Positions 51,801 to 58,990 of a stretch of 64,000 bases of DNA are shown one piece after another (position 1 is the first letter of the stretch; each line of letters begins with the position of its first letter). Position numbers and translations under genes: made by a program. Source of the stretch: Octopus sinensis (Eukaryota); contig NC_043005.1 of NCBI RefSeq assembly GCF_006345805.1, positions 75,206,001 through 75,270,000 of the forward strand, written 5' to 3'. The notes under the pieces are model-generated. The model was not told the origin of the DNA and searched no databases. It saw only the letters and a program-made list of their open reading frames with translations.

Positions 51801-54800
51801 ACTGGAATAATGAGAGATAAAGTGTCTTGCTCAAGAACATAATGCACTACCAGATATTAAACTTATGACCTTACAATCATGAGCCAAACCACTCAGCCAC
51901 GGACGTTCACAATTATTAAGTTAATAATTAATAATTTAGTGATTACGTTTATAATTAATAAAAAGTAGAAATGAAAATAAAAATGCAACTACAGAACTTT
52001 AATCTCAAAAGATTTATTATTGGTAGTACTTGAAAATAATAATCCTAGGCCAAAGCAAATGTTTTCACATAAAAAAGAATGAAAACTATGCTTCTTTTCA
52101 ACACTTAAGTTTAACTTTAAAACTGATCCTAACTAAAGGAAAATAAACATTTTAAATTATTAAATATAAAAAGAAGAGAGTAACAAAATATTATTTCAAA
52201 CTTTGTATATTTTGTGCACTGTTAATAATTCATTAATGTAACAGATTTTATAGTAAAATTTACCAGAATAATGAAGAAAATATTATGTTAACAGTATCAG
52301 AGAAATTATAGTTGTTGTACTTTTAATAGCTTCATGATTGTAATCTAAAATACAATAATATTAATTAGTTGGGATATTTAACCAATTGACTAATAATAAA
52401 GGAGTGGAATTGAACCAGTGTATGTGTTAATTATATTGGCATAATGACTCTCCCAAGATACAACAAAATTTGTTTCAACACACAAATTCACATAAAGAAT
52501 CTTGCAAACCAGATACAAAAACTAAGTAAAATATATAGTTTTTAATTATGTGTATAAAGTATAATAATTTTAATAATATCACAGTATCACAATTTTGACC
52601 AGACTCTCGGATGCTGTTATACACAACTGGTCACAATGCACTTCCAATTTTGTCTCAAAATTTTAAACCATTATTACTATAATTATTATTATTACATTAT
52701 CCAAAAATATTCACATTTCATTTTCTTTGTTTATATCTTTATAGGATGAGAAACTTATTTATGAAAAAGATAATTGCTGCCCAAAATGTAAACATATTAC
52801 AGGTATACTGATTATATCATGACTATTAAATTCTTTCAACATTTTAAATACTTTGAAGACTGGTAAATTAGCAAAAATGCTAAAGTGGTAAACTAAATGT
52901 CTCACAGTATTTATCTCCTTTTCCTCCATTCTAAATTCAAATTCCTTTACTTTACTTTTTATTTTAAAATATTTATCAACAAATGAACTGGGTTTGGTCT
53001 GATTGATTATAAATCCCATTCCTTGAAACTCAAATGTAAGAAATCAATATTTAGGATAATTTTTAGCATTGAATAATTTCTAAAAAAGAATTTTCAGTTT
53101 CTATATAAAGTAATATTTTCTTTGATCAGTTTATCAATATTTAGCAGAAGCAACAAAGTGACTCAAGGACTGAAATTTGCTTCAGCTAAATATCAATAAA
53201 AATGTACATATACTCTGTTGTGTCTGGGGAGAATCATTTTCTTTTTGTGCCTTATAATGTAACACACTCACCGGTAAAATTTTCCACTTATTTCATATTT
53301 TTATTTTCCAAAAATTTTCGTTGCGTCTGGCAACCTTTTCAATAGTCTTGACTCTGTCTGTTCAGAGACAAGAATGGACAGAGTCAGGACTATTGAAAAG
53401 GTTGCAAGACGCAATGAAAATTTTAGGAAAATAAAAATATGAAATAAGTGGAAAATTTTACCGGTGAGTGTGTTAAATAATAAGGCACAAAAAGAAAATG
53501 ACTCTCCCCAGACACAACAGAATATGCTTCAACACACAAACTCATGTAAAGAATCTTGCAAACCAAATCCAAAAACGAAATGTACATATACTCATATTTT
53601 GAGTTCTATTTTTCTGGTTTGCATCACCAAACCCGTTTTATTATTTTATTAATTTCTCCCAAAATATTAATTTCCATTCATTCATTTTCTCTTCCTGTTA
53701 TTCCTGGTAAAGTCATGTAGAATTCTCATGTATTTTCCATAGGGGCATATCAGAAGCAATCATTATTACACTCTCCAAAAGGATTCCCAAGCATAACCAA
53801 CTGAAACTATGAATATTATCCAACCAGCTCATTCTTGGAACCAAACAAAAAGAGAGCAAATGCATTATAAGTTACTCAGGAAAAGCAGTTCCCTTAAATA
53901 TTTGAGATTTTGTCCACTTTTGAACATCTCTAGTTTTGATATGAGTAGGTTGATATTTGCATGACACAAAAACAGGGTTAATGAGCTGATTCTTTGGAGT
54001 TTACGTTTGGTGAAGAACTGATTGACCAAAGTACAAATTTGTCAAGTCAGAAACAACTACAGATAAACAAAAGAAGACAGTCAAGTGTATTGGTTGTATT
54101 TGATGGGGTTGTGCAGGAGTATACTAATTCTGAGGAATAGAGGTCATTGTAGTATCTGTAGAAAAGTCAGGATTAGTAACAAGAGATCTGTCAGCAAGTG
54201 ATTGAAGAATGTTGGTGAATGCATCTTTGCTAATCAGCAGAAGAGCTTCCATTTTATGCTGGTTGGCTCAGCTTGAAGAATCCATCTGGTACTCCTTTCC
54301 TGCAATGCTCTAATCACATGTCCATAATACCTATTTCTTTACTACCCACAAGGGGCTAAACACAGAGAGGACAAACAAGGACAGACAAATGGATTAAGTG
54401 GATTATATCGACCCCAGTGCGTAACTGGTACTTATTTAATCAACCCTGAAAGGATGAAAGGCAAAGTCGACCTCAGCGGAATTTGAACTCAGAATGTAGT
54501 GGCAGACGAAATACCTATTTCTTTACTACCCACAAGGGGCTAAACACAGAGAGGACAAACAAGGACAGACAAACGGATTAAGTCGATTATATCGACCTCA
54601 GTGCGTGACTGGTACTTATTTAATCGACCCTGAAAGGATGAAAGGCAAAGTCGACCTCGGCGTTATTTGAACTCAGAATGTAGTGGCATCCAAAATACCG
54701 CTAAATATTTCGCCCAGCGTGCTAACATTTCTGCCAGCTCGCCGCTTTTTATGTCCATAATACCAAAACTGTGACTTCACAATGAGTTTTGAATGGGGAA

Positions 54801-55500
54801 AATTACTCCTAGATATAACAATAGCTTTAATAGATTTTCAAATACTTTTTTTTAAAATATCTATGGTAGAAATAGAGACATTGAAAATTATATGAAAAAA
54901 TACAAATATATCAAAGGTTTTTCTTTATTTAATACAGCACTTGGCATAATATTATCCTTTTCTACATGTAACAGTTTTGCTGTTAACATTGATTTCAGAT
55001 TAAAACACAAGTTAATGTGACAATATGACCAGTGGATTGGTTATAATGATTCTGAGTTTTCGAAAACTCTTTTTATAGTTGAATCAAATGGTCTCTCAAT
55101 GAATCATTTAGCGGTATTAAATATAATATTCACAGAAGACTAAGTAGGTTGCACATTAATTAAATTCATACATTTAAAGTATTTCTCTTGCAATAATTAT
55201 CTTGTGAAAGTGGATTCATTACTTGAAACATAGTTTAAAATGTGAAAATGTGAATTTATTTTATTAAATGCTTTTTAAATTGCCTACCTGAAAATATAAT
55301 TATAAATATCAAACAAGCTAACAAACTATCTAAAAATTTTAATTTTGTTAAATTTACATTATTTACATTCGACAGATATTTGTCCTTATCTTGTTTATTG
55401 TTAACACAATGTTTTGACTGATATAACTTCCAGCCTTCTTCAGGTGTCTTGGGGAAATTTCAAACCTGGGTTCTCATTCCTAAAGTATTCTTTGAAGTTG

Positions 55501-55550
<50 letters not shown>

Positions 55551-56207
55551 GTTGTTCAGGTCACTGTATTATTGTTCAGCCCACGGGCATATGGCGTAGT
55601 GGTTAAGAGTGCGGGCTACTAATCCCAAGATTCTGAGTTCGATTCCAAGCAGTGACCTGAACAACAACAATAATAATAATTATAATAATAATAATAACAA
55701 CATCGAAGAATACCTTAGGAATGAGAACCCAGGTTCGAAATTTTCCCAAGACACCTGTTGAAGGCTGGAGGGTATATCAGCCAAAATGTGTTAACAACAA
55801 ACAAGATGAGGACAAATGTCCGTTGAATGTAAATAATGTACATAATTCCTCATCTCTCAAATATAGAACTGTATTGTTAAATTTAATTCTAAAGTTAGCT
55901 TCTATTTTTATTTCAGAAGGTACATGTGGCTTACATAAAGTCTGGGATTATCTGAAAAATTCAAATGGTACTTGTCAGTCAGTTGATAAGATACAGCTCA
56001 CCTATTGCAGTGGTGGTTGTGGAGATACTAGGTCATACCCTATGCTGACAAATGATTCAACTGGAACATGTAGCAACCATTGCCATTGTTGTGAAGGAAG
56101 CATTGCTAAAGTAAATGAAGTAATTGTCCAGTGTAAGGGGGAAGAGCAGAAAAGAACAATGTTTTATCCAGAATTTTGGTGCTGCAAATGTACAGAATGC
56201 AAAAAAT
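356..56207 (+). CDS. 5'-partial multi-exon gene: SCO-spondin/hemocytin-like secreted protein (7x FA58C/discoidin-like repeats, 4x TSP1, 2x TIL, VWC-like modules, C-terminal cystine knot)
   Basis: 36-37 exons with GT-AG boundaries and unbroken phase continuity (about 5.1 kb CDS, about 1,700 aa). Recognisable motifs: WSxW/CSxSCGxG (TSP1), TIL Cys spacing, CxGxC...CxCC...CxCxxC (CTCK). Orthology to SSPO is not established. Confidence 0.9.
668..918 (+). CDS. Unit 1 exon A, N-half of FA58C-like domain (SWCVMNDGLADASLI...GWKPD...FDVILSDGQ)
   Basis: tacag|, |gtaact, 251 nt, phase 1-0. Confidence 0.93.
1416..2494 (+). pseudogene. Mariner (DD34D) transposase fossil with right TIR
   Basis: Frameshifted pieces: KKGRKAAET, WILYNN, KVMVTVWW, LHDSARPH, YSPDL..DYH; stop near 2417; TIR-like aaacgttgcttactttttactcagcctgata; left TIR not seen. 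Confidence 0.9.
2568..2718 (+). CDS. Unit 1 exon B, C-half of FA58C-like domain (NTNYIRNNNPDAIIKIPFGTT...PNCQIVVTVSILGCFES)
   Basis: tacag|, |gtaagt, 151 nt, phase 0-1. Confidence 0.93.
3437..3469 (+). CDS. Unit 2 linker micro-exon (STTEAATTAT)
   Basis: tctag|, |gtacgt, 33 nt. Confidence 0.88.
3551..3779. mobile_element. Family G fold-back element, copy 1 (short left arm)
   Basis: 16-bp TSD aacatcatatacagat (3535-3550 / 3780-3795); homologous to 15579 and 53216. Confidence 0.85.
3827..4034. mobile_element. hAT-type MITE
   Basis: TIR caaggtttcccaa / ttgggaaccactg; exact 8-bp TSD ctttaagc. Confidence 0.85.
4400..4870 (-). mobile_element. tRNA-derived SINE family C, long-tail variant
   Basis: Head GGTGCAATGGCTCAGTGGTTAGGGCAGCGG on the minus strand, homologous to 19355. 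Confidence 0.75.
5414..5664 (+). CDS. Unit 2 exon A
   Basis: tacag|, |gtaaat, 251 nt, open frame. Confidence 0.93.
5985..6225 (+). mobile_element. Family D repeat with (GAT)n tail, RTE-type 3' end
   Basis: GGCATCCAGCTGTAGAAACC...GAT tail; other copies near 7670, 16125, 17228, 17922, 25440, 31860, 49440, 56935 and 57415. Confidence 0.75.
6263..6678 (-). mobile_element. tRNA-derived SINE family A (about 400 bp, central TA/TG microsatellite)
   Basis: Head GGAGTGGCTGTGTGGTAAG, tail AGTAAAAG; one of more than 12 copies. Confidence 0.88.
6932..7148 (-). mobile_element. tRNA-derived SINE family B
   Basis: 17-bp TSD ttctta(c/t)ataaagtaat. Confidence 0.85.
7260..7646 (+). mobile_element. Non-autonomous Helitron
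   Basis: 5' TC(TA)n, 3' hairpin ccgagcaacgccgg then CTAG; inserted between A and T; no TSD. Confidence 0.8.
8055..8205 (+). CDS. Unit 2 exon B (NTNHVRNNEPDAIIK...ILGCFES)
   Basis: tgcag|, |gtaagt, 151 nt. Confidence 0.93.
8424..8456 (+). CDS. Unit 3 linker micro-exon (STTEAITTAT)
   Basis: tatag|, |gtatgt, 33 nt. Confidence 0.88.
9246..9496 (+). CDS. Unit 3 exon A
   Basis: tacag|, |gtaaat, 251 nt. Confidence 0.93.
9899..10345. mobile_element. hAT-type MITE
   Basis: TIR cagtgctggattaa / ttatctggccttg; 8-bp TSD gtaata(c/t)c; partial sister copy near 39720-39935. Confidence 0.8.
10876..11026 (+). CDS. Unit 3 exon B (NTKHIQNNKPDAIIK...ILGCFEA)
   Basis: tacag|, |gtaagt, 151 nt. Confidence 0.93.
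11212..11241 (+). CDS. Unit 4 linker micro-exon (STTPAATAT)
   Basis: tgcag|, |gtatga, 30 nt (one codon shorter, frame preserved). Confidence 0.87.
12128..12378 (+). CDS. Unit 4 exon A
   Basis: tacag|, |gtaaat, 251 nt. Confidence 0.93.
12607..13145. mobile_element. Unclassified CpG-rich insertion in a (TA)n tract
   Basis: Bounded by TA microsatellites, CpG-rich relative to flanks, no recognisable ORF. Confidence 0.45.
13392..13542 (+). CDS. Unit 4 exon B
   Basis: tatag|, |gtaagt, 151 nt. Confidence 0.93.
14678..14710 (+). CDS. Unit 5 linker micro-exon (STTIAATTAT)
   Basis: tctag|, |gtaagt, 33 nt. Confidence 0.88.
14759..14991 (+). mobile_element. SINE family B
   Basis: 15-bp TSD ttt(g/a)tggcaagggat; about 50 nt downstream of the unit 5 linker donor. 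Confidence 0.88.
15482..16046. mobile_element. hAT MITE carrying a nested family G element
   Basis: tagtggttctca...ttgggaaccacag; degenerate 8-bp TSD ctgcagac/ctgtagat. Confidence 0.75.
15579..15877. mobile_element. Family G palindromic element, copy 2
   Basis: Arms of about 110 bp plus an unpaired tail of about 65 bp; 14-bp duplicated flank atcctaatgtattt. Confidence 0.88.
17443..17693 (+). CDS. Unit 5 exon A
   Basis: aacag|, |gtaaat, 251 nt. Confidence 0.93.
18582..18732 (+). CDS. Unit 5 exon B (NSMNIPNNKPDAIIK...ILGCFES)
   Basis: aacag|, |gtaagt, 151 nt. Confidence 0.93.
19209..19241 (+). CDS. Unit 6 linker micro-exon (STTEAATTTT)
   Basis: tttag|, |gtatgt, 33 nt. Confidence 0.88.
19355..19664 (+). 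mobile_element. tRNA-derived SINE family C
   Basis: A/B boxes; 12-bp TSD tatgtttaa(a/g)tg; empty site in the paralogous intron 389-667. Confidence 0.88.
19820..20070 (+). CDS. Unit 6 exon A
   Basis: aacag|, |gtaaga, 251 nt. Confidence 0.93.
20739..21215 (-). mobile_element. SINE family A
   Basis: Full length with expanded (CA)n core. Confidence 0.88.
21294..21444 (+). CDS. Unit 6 exon B (NTKPLHNNKPDAIIK...ILGCFEL)
   Basis: tacag|, |gtaagc, 151 nt. Confidence 0.93.
21625..22575 (-). mobile_element. 5'-truncated CR1/L2/Jockey-group LINE (RT C-terminus), with a family D tail nested in its (TAA)n end
   Basis: Uninterrupted frame DDIKLY...KCTTMHFG...ERDLGI...VRPHLEF...LESVQRRATK...AWNKLP (21767-22575). 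Confidence 0.92.
22593..22625 (+). CDS. Candidate unit 7 linker micro-exon (PMYFNRNTVTK), possibly skipped
   Basis: aaaag|...AAAG|gtatgt; exactly 33 nt, phase 1-1, same donor type as other linker exons; weak acceptor right next to a LINE insertion. Confidence 0.45.
22886..23211 (-). mobile_element. SINE family C
   Basis: 10-bp TSD ccttgtgtta. Confidence 0.85.
23322..23725 (-). mobile_element. SINE family A
   Basis: Full length; further copies at 24984(-), 30575(+), 35215-36050(-, split), 41636(+), 57818(+), 60421(+), 62595(-) and 63010(+). Confidence 0.88.
24080..24577. mobile_element. Family E head-to-head palindrome (tRNA-headed, hammerhead-containing SINE)
   Basis: Inverted arm 24080-24258 and full forward arm 24259-24577; CTGATGA..GAAA motif in both arms. 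Confidence 0.88.
24710..24966 (+). CDS. Diverged unit 7 exon A (PCKIVDGMSSSEYI...EGWKSDERD...FDVIFDRNHSIK)
   Basis: tgaag|, |gttagt, 257 nt, phase 1-0; aligns with the A exons. Confidence 0.88.
26606..26738 (+). CDS. Diverged unit 7 exon B (GNKPGKTITIPRGT...ENCSVIVTISIKGCFEEK)
   Basis: taaag|, |gtaagt, 133 nt, phase 0-1. Confidence 0.88.
27877..27957 (+). CDS. Pro/Glu-rich spacer exon (KGQYIEEPVTGRAPDNVIPNEPVSNE)
   Basis: aaaag|, |gtaatg, 81 nt, phase 1-1. Confidence 0.75.
29818..29859 (+). CDS. Spacer exon (TGKQVEPVPLSRS)
   Basis: tttag|, |gtaagt, 42 nt, phase 1-1. Confidence 0.72.
31027..31198 (+). CDS. Cys module exon (CTFDKCTFMREFGFDGPHIIGW...INVACTQC)
   Basis: ttcag|, |gtaaga, 172 nt, phase 1-2. 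Confidence 0.88.
32525..32860 (+). mobile_element. tRNA-derived SINE family F
   Basis: tRNA head + GTTCTTGAGCAAGACACTTTATTTCAC core; relatives at 11720, 15060, 23920, 40236, 43240, 48820, 51590 and 56335. Confidence 0.8.
33564..33610 (+). CDS. VWC-like end (LCKNGNITCEHKICE)
   Basis: ttcag|, |gtgagt, 47 nt, phase 2-1; completes CxxCxC. Confidence 0.85.
34432..34822 (+). mobile_element. SINE family B with a triplicated internal segment of about 110 bp
   Basis: Three tandem gagttcaaat...ctttgcc..catcctttt...aagtaccagctga units. Confidence 0.75.
34925..35083 (+). CDS. TSP1 repeat 1 (CMYTEWQAWSSCSKTCDNG...)
   Basis: ttcag|, |gtaatc, 159 nt; WxxW, CSxTC, RxR. Confidence 0.93.
35449..35628. repeat. 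Hairpin element with inverted arms of about 45 bp, inside the microsatellite of a family A SINE
   Basis: tattactcaaagaaattccaac...gttggaatttctttgagtaata. Confidence 0.8.
37057..37224 (+). CDS. TSP1 repeat 2 (WSSWSSWSPC...RKRTC)
   Basis: tcaag|, |gtaagt, 168 nt, phase 1-1. Confidence 0.9.
38108..38640 (+). mobile_element. Two tandem family B SINEs with (ATT/AGT/CAT)n tails
   Basis: Two complete heads at about 38108 and 38393. Confidence 0.8.
39104..39347 (+). CDS. TIL domain 1 plus start of VWC-like module
   Basis: tctag|, |gtaaat, 244 nt; C-x9-C-x3-C-x3-C...CIPGCHCP...CV. Confidence 0.93.
40629..40675 (+). CDS. VWC-like end (TCSNSGKIICQEKPN)
   Basis: aacag|, |gtaagg, 47 nt, phase 2-1. Confidence 0.85.
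40796..40871 (+). CDS. TSP1 repeat 3, N-half (CLWSSWTSWGGCSTSCGIGKRFRY)
   Basis: tgtag|, |gtaaat, 76 nt, phase 1-2. Confidence 0.88.
42244..42658 (-). mobile_element. GC-rich retroelement fragment, RTE 5'-leader-like, nested in a hAT MITE (42137-42815)
   Basis: 11-bp TSD atattt(c/t)gata; minus strand begins tgttggcatccttttgtctc. Confidence 0.55.
43465..43979. mobile_element. Tc1/pogo-superfamily MITE inserted into a family F SINE
   Basis: TIR taccataaatcctcgactata / tatactcgaggatttacggta; TA target. Confidence 0.85.
44139..44288 (+). CDS. TSP1 repeat 3, C-half, plus VWC-like start (..CELKKCPPDCQIDGK..NDCQVC)
   Basis: atcag|, |gtaagt, 150 nt, phase 2-2. Confidence 0.9.
45343..45392 (+). CDS. 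VWC-like end (YCRESAEKCEPLPFSN)
   Basis: tctag|, |gtaagt, 50 nt, phase 2-1. Confidence 0.85.
46649..46816 (+). CDS. TSP1 repeat 4 (GWSDWTEWSGCTQTCQGG..RLRYCNNPLP)
   Basis: tctag|, |gtaagt, 168 nt; missed by the ORF track because there is no ATG. Confidence 0.93.
47140..47226. repeat. (TA)n microsatellite
   Basis: Long TA run; others at about 522 (TG), 14085 (GA), 38970 (CAT/TAT) and 48750 (TA). Confidence 0.95.
49187..49422 (+). CDS. TIL domain 2 plus VWC start
   Basis: ttcag|, |gtaata, 236 nt, phase 1-0; CERTC...CICKDG...C. Confidence 0.92.
49967..50168 (-). mobile_element. SINE family B
   Basis: 14-bp TSD gctag(a/g)gacatacc. Confidence 0.88.
51079..51180 (+). CDS. VWC domain (HGSIWESSAGCEICQCVGGEAVCKRICPIPECNE)
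   Basis: tgtag|, |gtaagt, 102 nt, phase 0-0. Confidence 0.92.
51228..51590 (+). mobile_element. Helentron/DINE-like non-autonomous element
   Basis: Subterminal acctctgcc repeats, (CAAA)n tract, terminal hairpin acctctgcc-ttcgctaa-ggcagaggt. Confidence 0.6.
52745..52802 (+). CDS. VWC end (DEKLIYEKDNCCPKCKHIT)
   Basis: tatag|, |gtatac, 58 nt; CCPxC motif. Confidence 0.9.
53216..53577. mobile_element. Family G palindromic element, copy 3 (longest arms)
   Basis: Arms of about 145 bp plus tail; 16-bp duplicated flank aaatgtacatatactc. Confidence 0.9.
54332..54750 (-). mobile_element. Dimeric SINE family B (head-body-body)
   Basis: Exact 14-bp TSD atgtccataatacc. Confidence 0.88.
55356..55873. 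mobile_element. Family E head-to-head palindrome, copy 2
   Basis: Exact 11-bp TSD ttgttaaattt (55345-55355 / 55874-55884); A box at 55592, B box at 55637. Confidence 0.9.
55917..56207 (+). CDS. C-terminal cystine knot (CTCK) exon
   Basis: ttcag|, probable donor AAAT|gtaag; CSGGC, CHCC and CKCTEC motifs. Confidence 0.92.
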
Positions 56208-57983
56208 GTAAGAAAAATATATTTAATATCTTGAAAATAATATCTAGAGGAATCGTATCCACATCAGTTGTTAGCTGTTAGGACAAAGCATCTTTCAAGA
56301 TTTCCATGCTTCCCAAAAATCACCAATGCTATGCCTGAAGGCACATGGCTTTGTGATTAGGGGTGTTATATTCATAATCGTAAGATAAGACCATGGGTTT
56401 GATTCCCAAAATGTTCTTGAGCTAAACATTTCATTTCATATTGCTCCAATCCACTCAGCTGTAAATGGATTCCAGCAATAGCTGGGAAGTTAACCCTATG
56501 ATGGACTGACCTCTCATCCAGTGGGTAATGCTTTAATCTCAATATTTATATGCCATGAGACAGGCTAATTCTGTGGCTAGATACCTTTCCTGTTACCAAC
56601 CCTCATCCATTTCCACACAAGGTAATATTCTCCCCATATCTTGATATGTTTTTCACAGCAGACTGGAAACAAACATCACTCTTTTACTGTTCACTTTTCT
56701 GTCTCTTTGTGTTTTCTTCCGTGTGCTATGCATGTACTTCTAGCTATCATTACTGTCTTTATCTGATTTATATGTCAGAAAAGGTTGACAGAAGGCAGAT
56801 GGGTTAAAGTACATCTGAATTCTGCATACAATAATCTCATCATTATTATTACCATTGCCCATGTGGCCAAATGGTTAGAATTCCTGGCTTTCACCTAGAG
56901 GGCCCAGGTTCGATTCCTGGCGTGGAAACCTGTTACATTAAGATGAACTATGCATAAAGCTCTGGTGCTGGTGCCAAGTAAAAAGGACTGATGATGGTGC
57001 CACCATGAAGGTACTCCTGACACTCTGTAAAGGGGTTGGTGTTGTTTAAATGTGTCCAGCTGTAGAAACCAAGCCAAAACTGAATATGGAACTTGATATG
57101 ACCCCTGGCCTTGCCAACTCCTGTGAAGCTGTCCAACTCATGCCAGCATGGAAAACTGACATTAGATGATGATGATAATGATGATGAGGATGATGATGGT
57201 AATGGTGATGATGATGATAATGATTTAGAATCAAATTTAGAATGATTTAGGTTATGAAATGTTATTTTAAAGTTATACAATATTGTGTGCAATATTAACT
57301 AAACATTATCTTAACATGTTTTTATAACAGGGTTTCACCATGATGATGAAGTAAATGTTATGATAACAATATGACAGAAATTACAGTCATTCTACTTGTA
57401 AATAGCTACATCATCTTCATCATCATCATCGTTTAACGTCCTCCTTCCAAGCTGGCATGGATTGAACAGTTTGACATGAGCTAGCAAGGCAGAAGCCTGC
57501 ACCACTTCTGTGTCTATTTTGGCACGGTTTTTACGTTTGGATGCCCTTCCTAACACCAACCACCCTGCAGAGTGGGCTTAGTGTATTTTACATGGCACAA
57601 GCACAGGTGAGGTCAGTTTGTGCATGGTTTTTACAGCTTGATGCCCTTCCAAGTTTCAACCACTTTACAATGTGGACTGGATGCTTTTTAAGTGGCACCT
57701 GCACTGACAGGGTTACCAAGTAACTATGCAAGACAAGGAATGGTTGTAATCTAAAATAAAATGTAGTTTTTAATAATTTTATTAATTATATAAAACAAAA
57801 TTTTATCAATATATGCACAGAGGCGTGGGAGTGGCTGTGTGGTAAGAAGCTTGCTTACCAACCACATAGTCCCGGGTTCAGTCCCACTGCATGGCACCTT
57901 GGGCAACTGTCCTCTACTATAGCCTTGGGCTGACCAAAGCCTTGCGAGTGGATTTGGTAGATGGAAAGTGAAAAAGCCCGTCG

Positions 57984-58024
<41 letters not shown>

Positions 58025-58861
58025 ATATGTTTGTGTGTGTGTTTGTCCCCCCAGCATCGCTTGACAACCGATGCTGGTGTGTTTACGTCCCTGTAACTTA
58101 GCGGTTCAGCAAGAGAGACCAATAGAATAAGTACTAGGCTTACAAAGGAAAAGTCCTGGGGTCGATGTGTTTGACTAAAGGTGGTGCTCCAGCATGGCCA
58201 CAGTCAAATGACTGAAACAAGTAAAAGAGAGTAAAAGAGGGAATGCTTATTTGATATTTACAAAATAAATCCCAGTGATACAAGAAACAATTTATTATAT
58301 GAGACTTAGCTATTCACTATAAAAACCAGTTGAAATAATGATCCCCCAAATAGTCTTATGGTCAAATACTAGTCAGTCAGTCCAGTAGGCAGAGCCACAA
58401 ATCAGTGAAAGGAACTGGTGCCATCGATAGGAATGTCTTGAAATGGTGCACATTCTCTCCTGATGACTCCTGAAGCCTACTGCTGTCTGGTATGTGGTAT
58501 TTTCATCTGACTACACTTACATAAGCAAGCTGTTTTCAAGTCTCTAGATCAGCAGTTCCAACAACTGTTTCCTGGGACAACTGTGACTCTCAATGGTCTT
58601 CCCTCTATGAATATAATAAATTTTTCCTTAATTGACTTGTTTTACTTTTTTCGGTACATCCCTTCCCCTACCCCCACCTCCACCACCCAAAAAACAACGT
58701 AGGTTTTTGATCTGGCCCAGATATTAAAATCGTTGAGAATCACTGCTTAAAGTACTATGTTTAATATTTAATTAATTCTATGTTGGTTTATTATGTTAAG
58801 AAATGTGCTTTCAATTTTCAGTATGATGTTGATAACGATGTTTTTTTTCTCTTTATTACAG

Positions 58862-58990
58862 AATATTCACCATTCATTCATTTATTGAACACTTCATGAA
58901 AACCTATTGATTTTTTCTTCATCTTAATAAATCATAATTTATTAAATTTTATAATTAAAAAATGAATAAAGTTTTAATTTCAAATTAACT
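58862..58990 (+). other. Candidate terminal exon (split stop T|AA) and 3' UTR with AATAAA at 58926 and 58965
   Basis: Strong pyrimidine tract + tacag|aa completes TAA after the phase-1 donor at 56207; alternatives exist. Confidence 0.35.

Noticed and set aside
55585-55660. tRNA gene (Thr-like geometry, ACT in the anticodon loop)
   Set aside because: Acceptor stem does not pair well and the sequence continues into a SINE body; it is a SINE head, as are the other tRNA-like stretches.
55721-56281. 186-aa ORF as a single-exon gene
   Set aside because: Chimeric: the first 65 codons are family E SINE tail and intron; only 55917-56207 is the CTCK exon.
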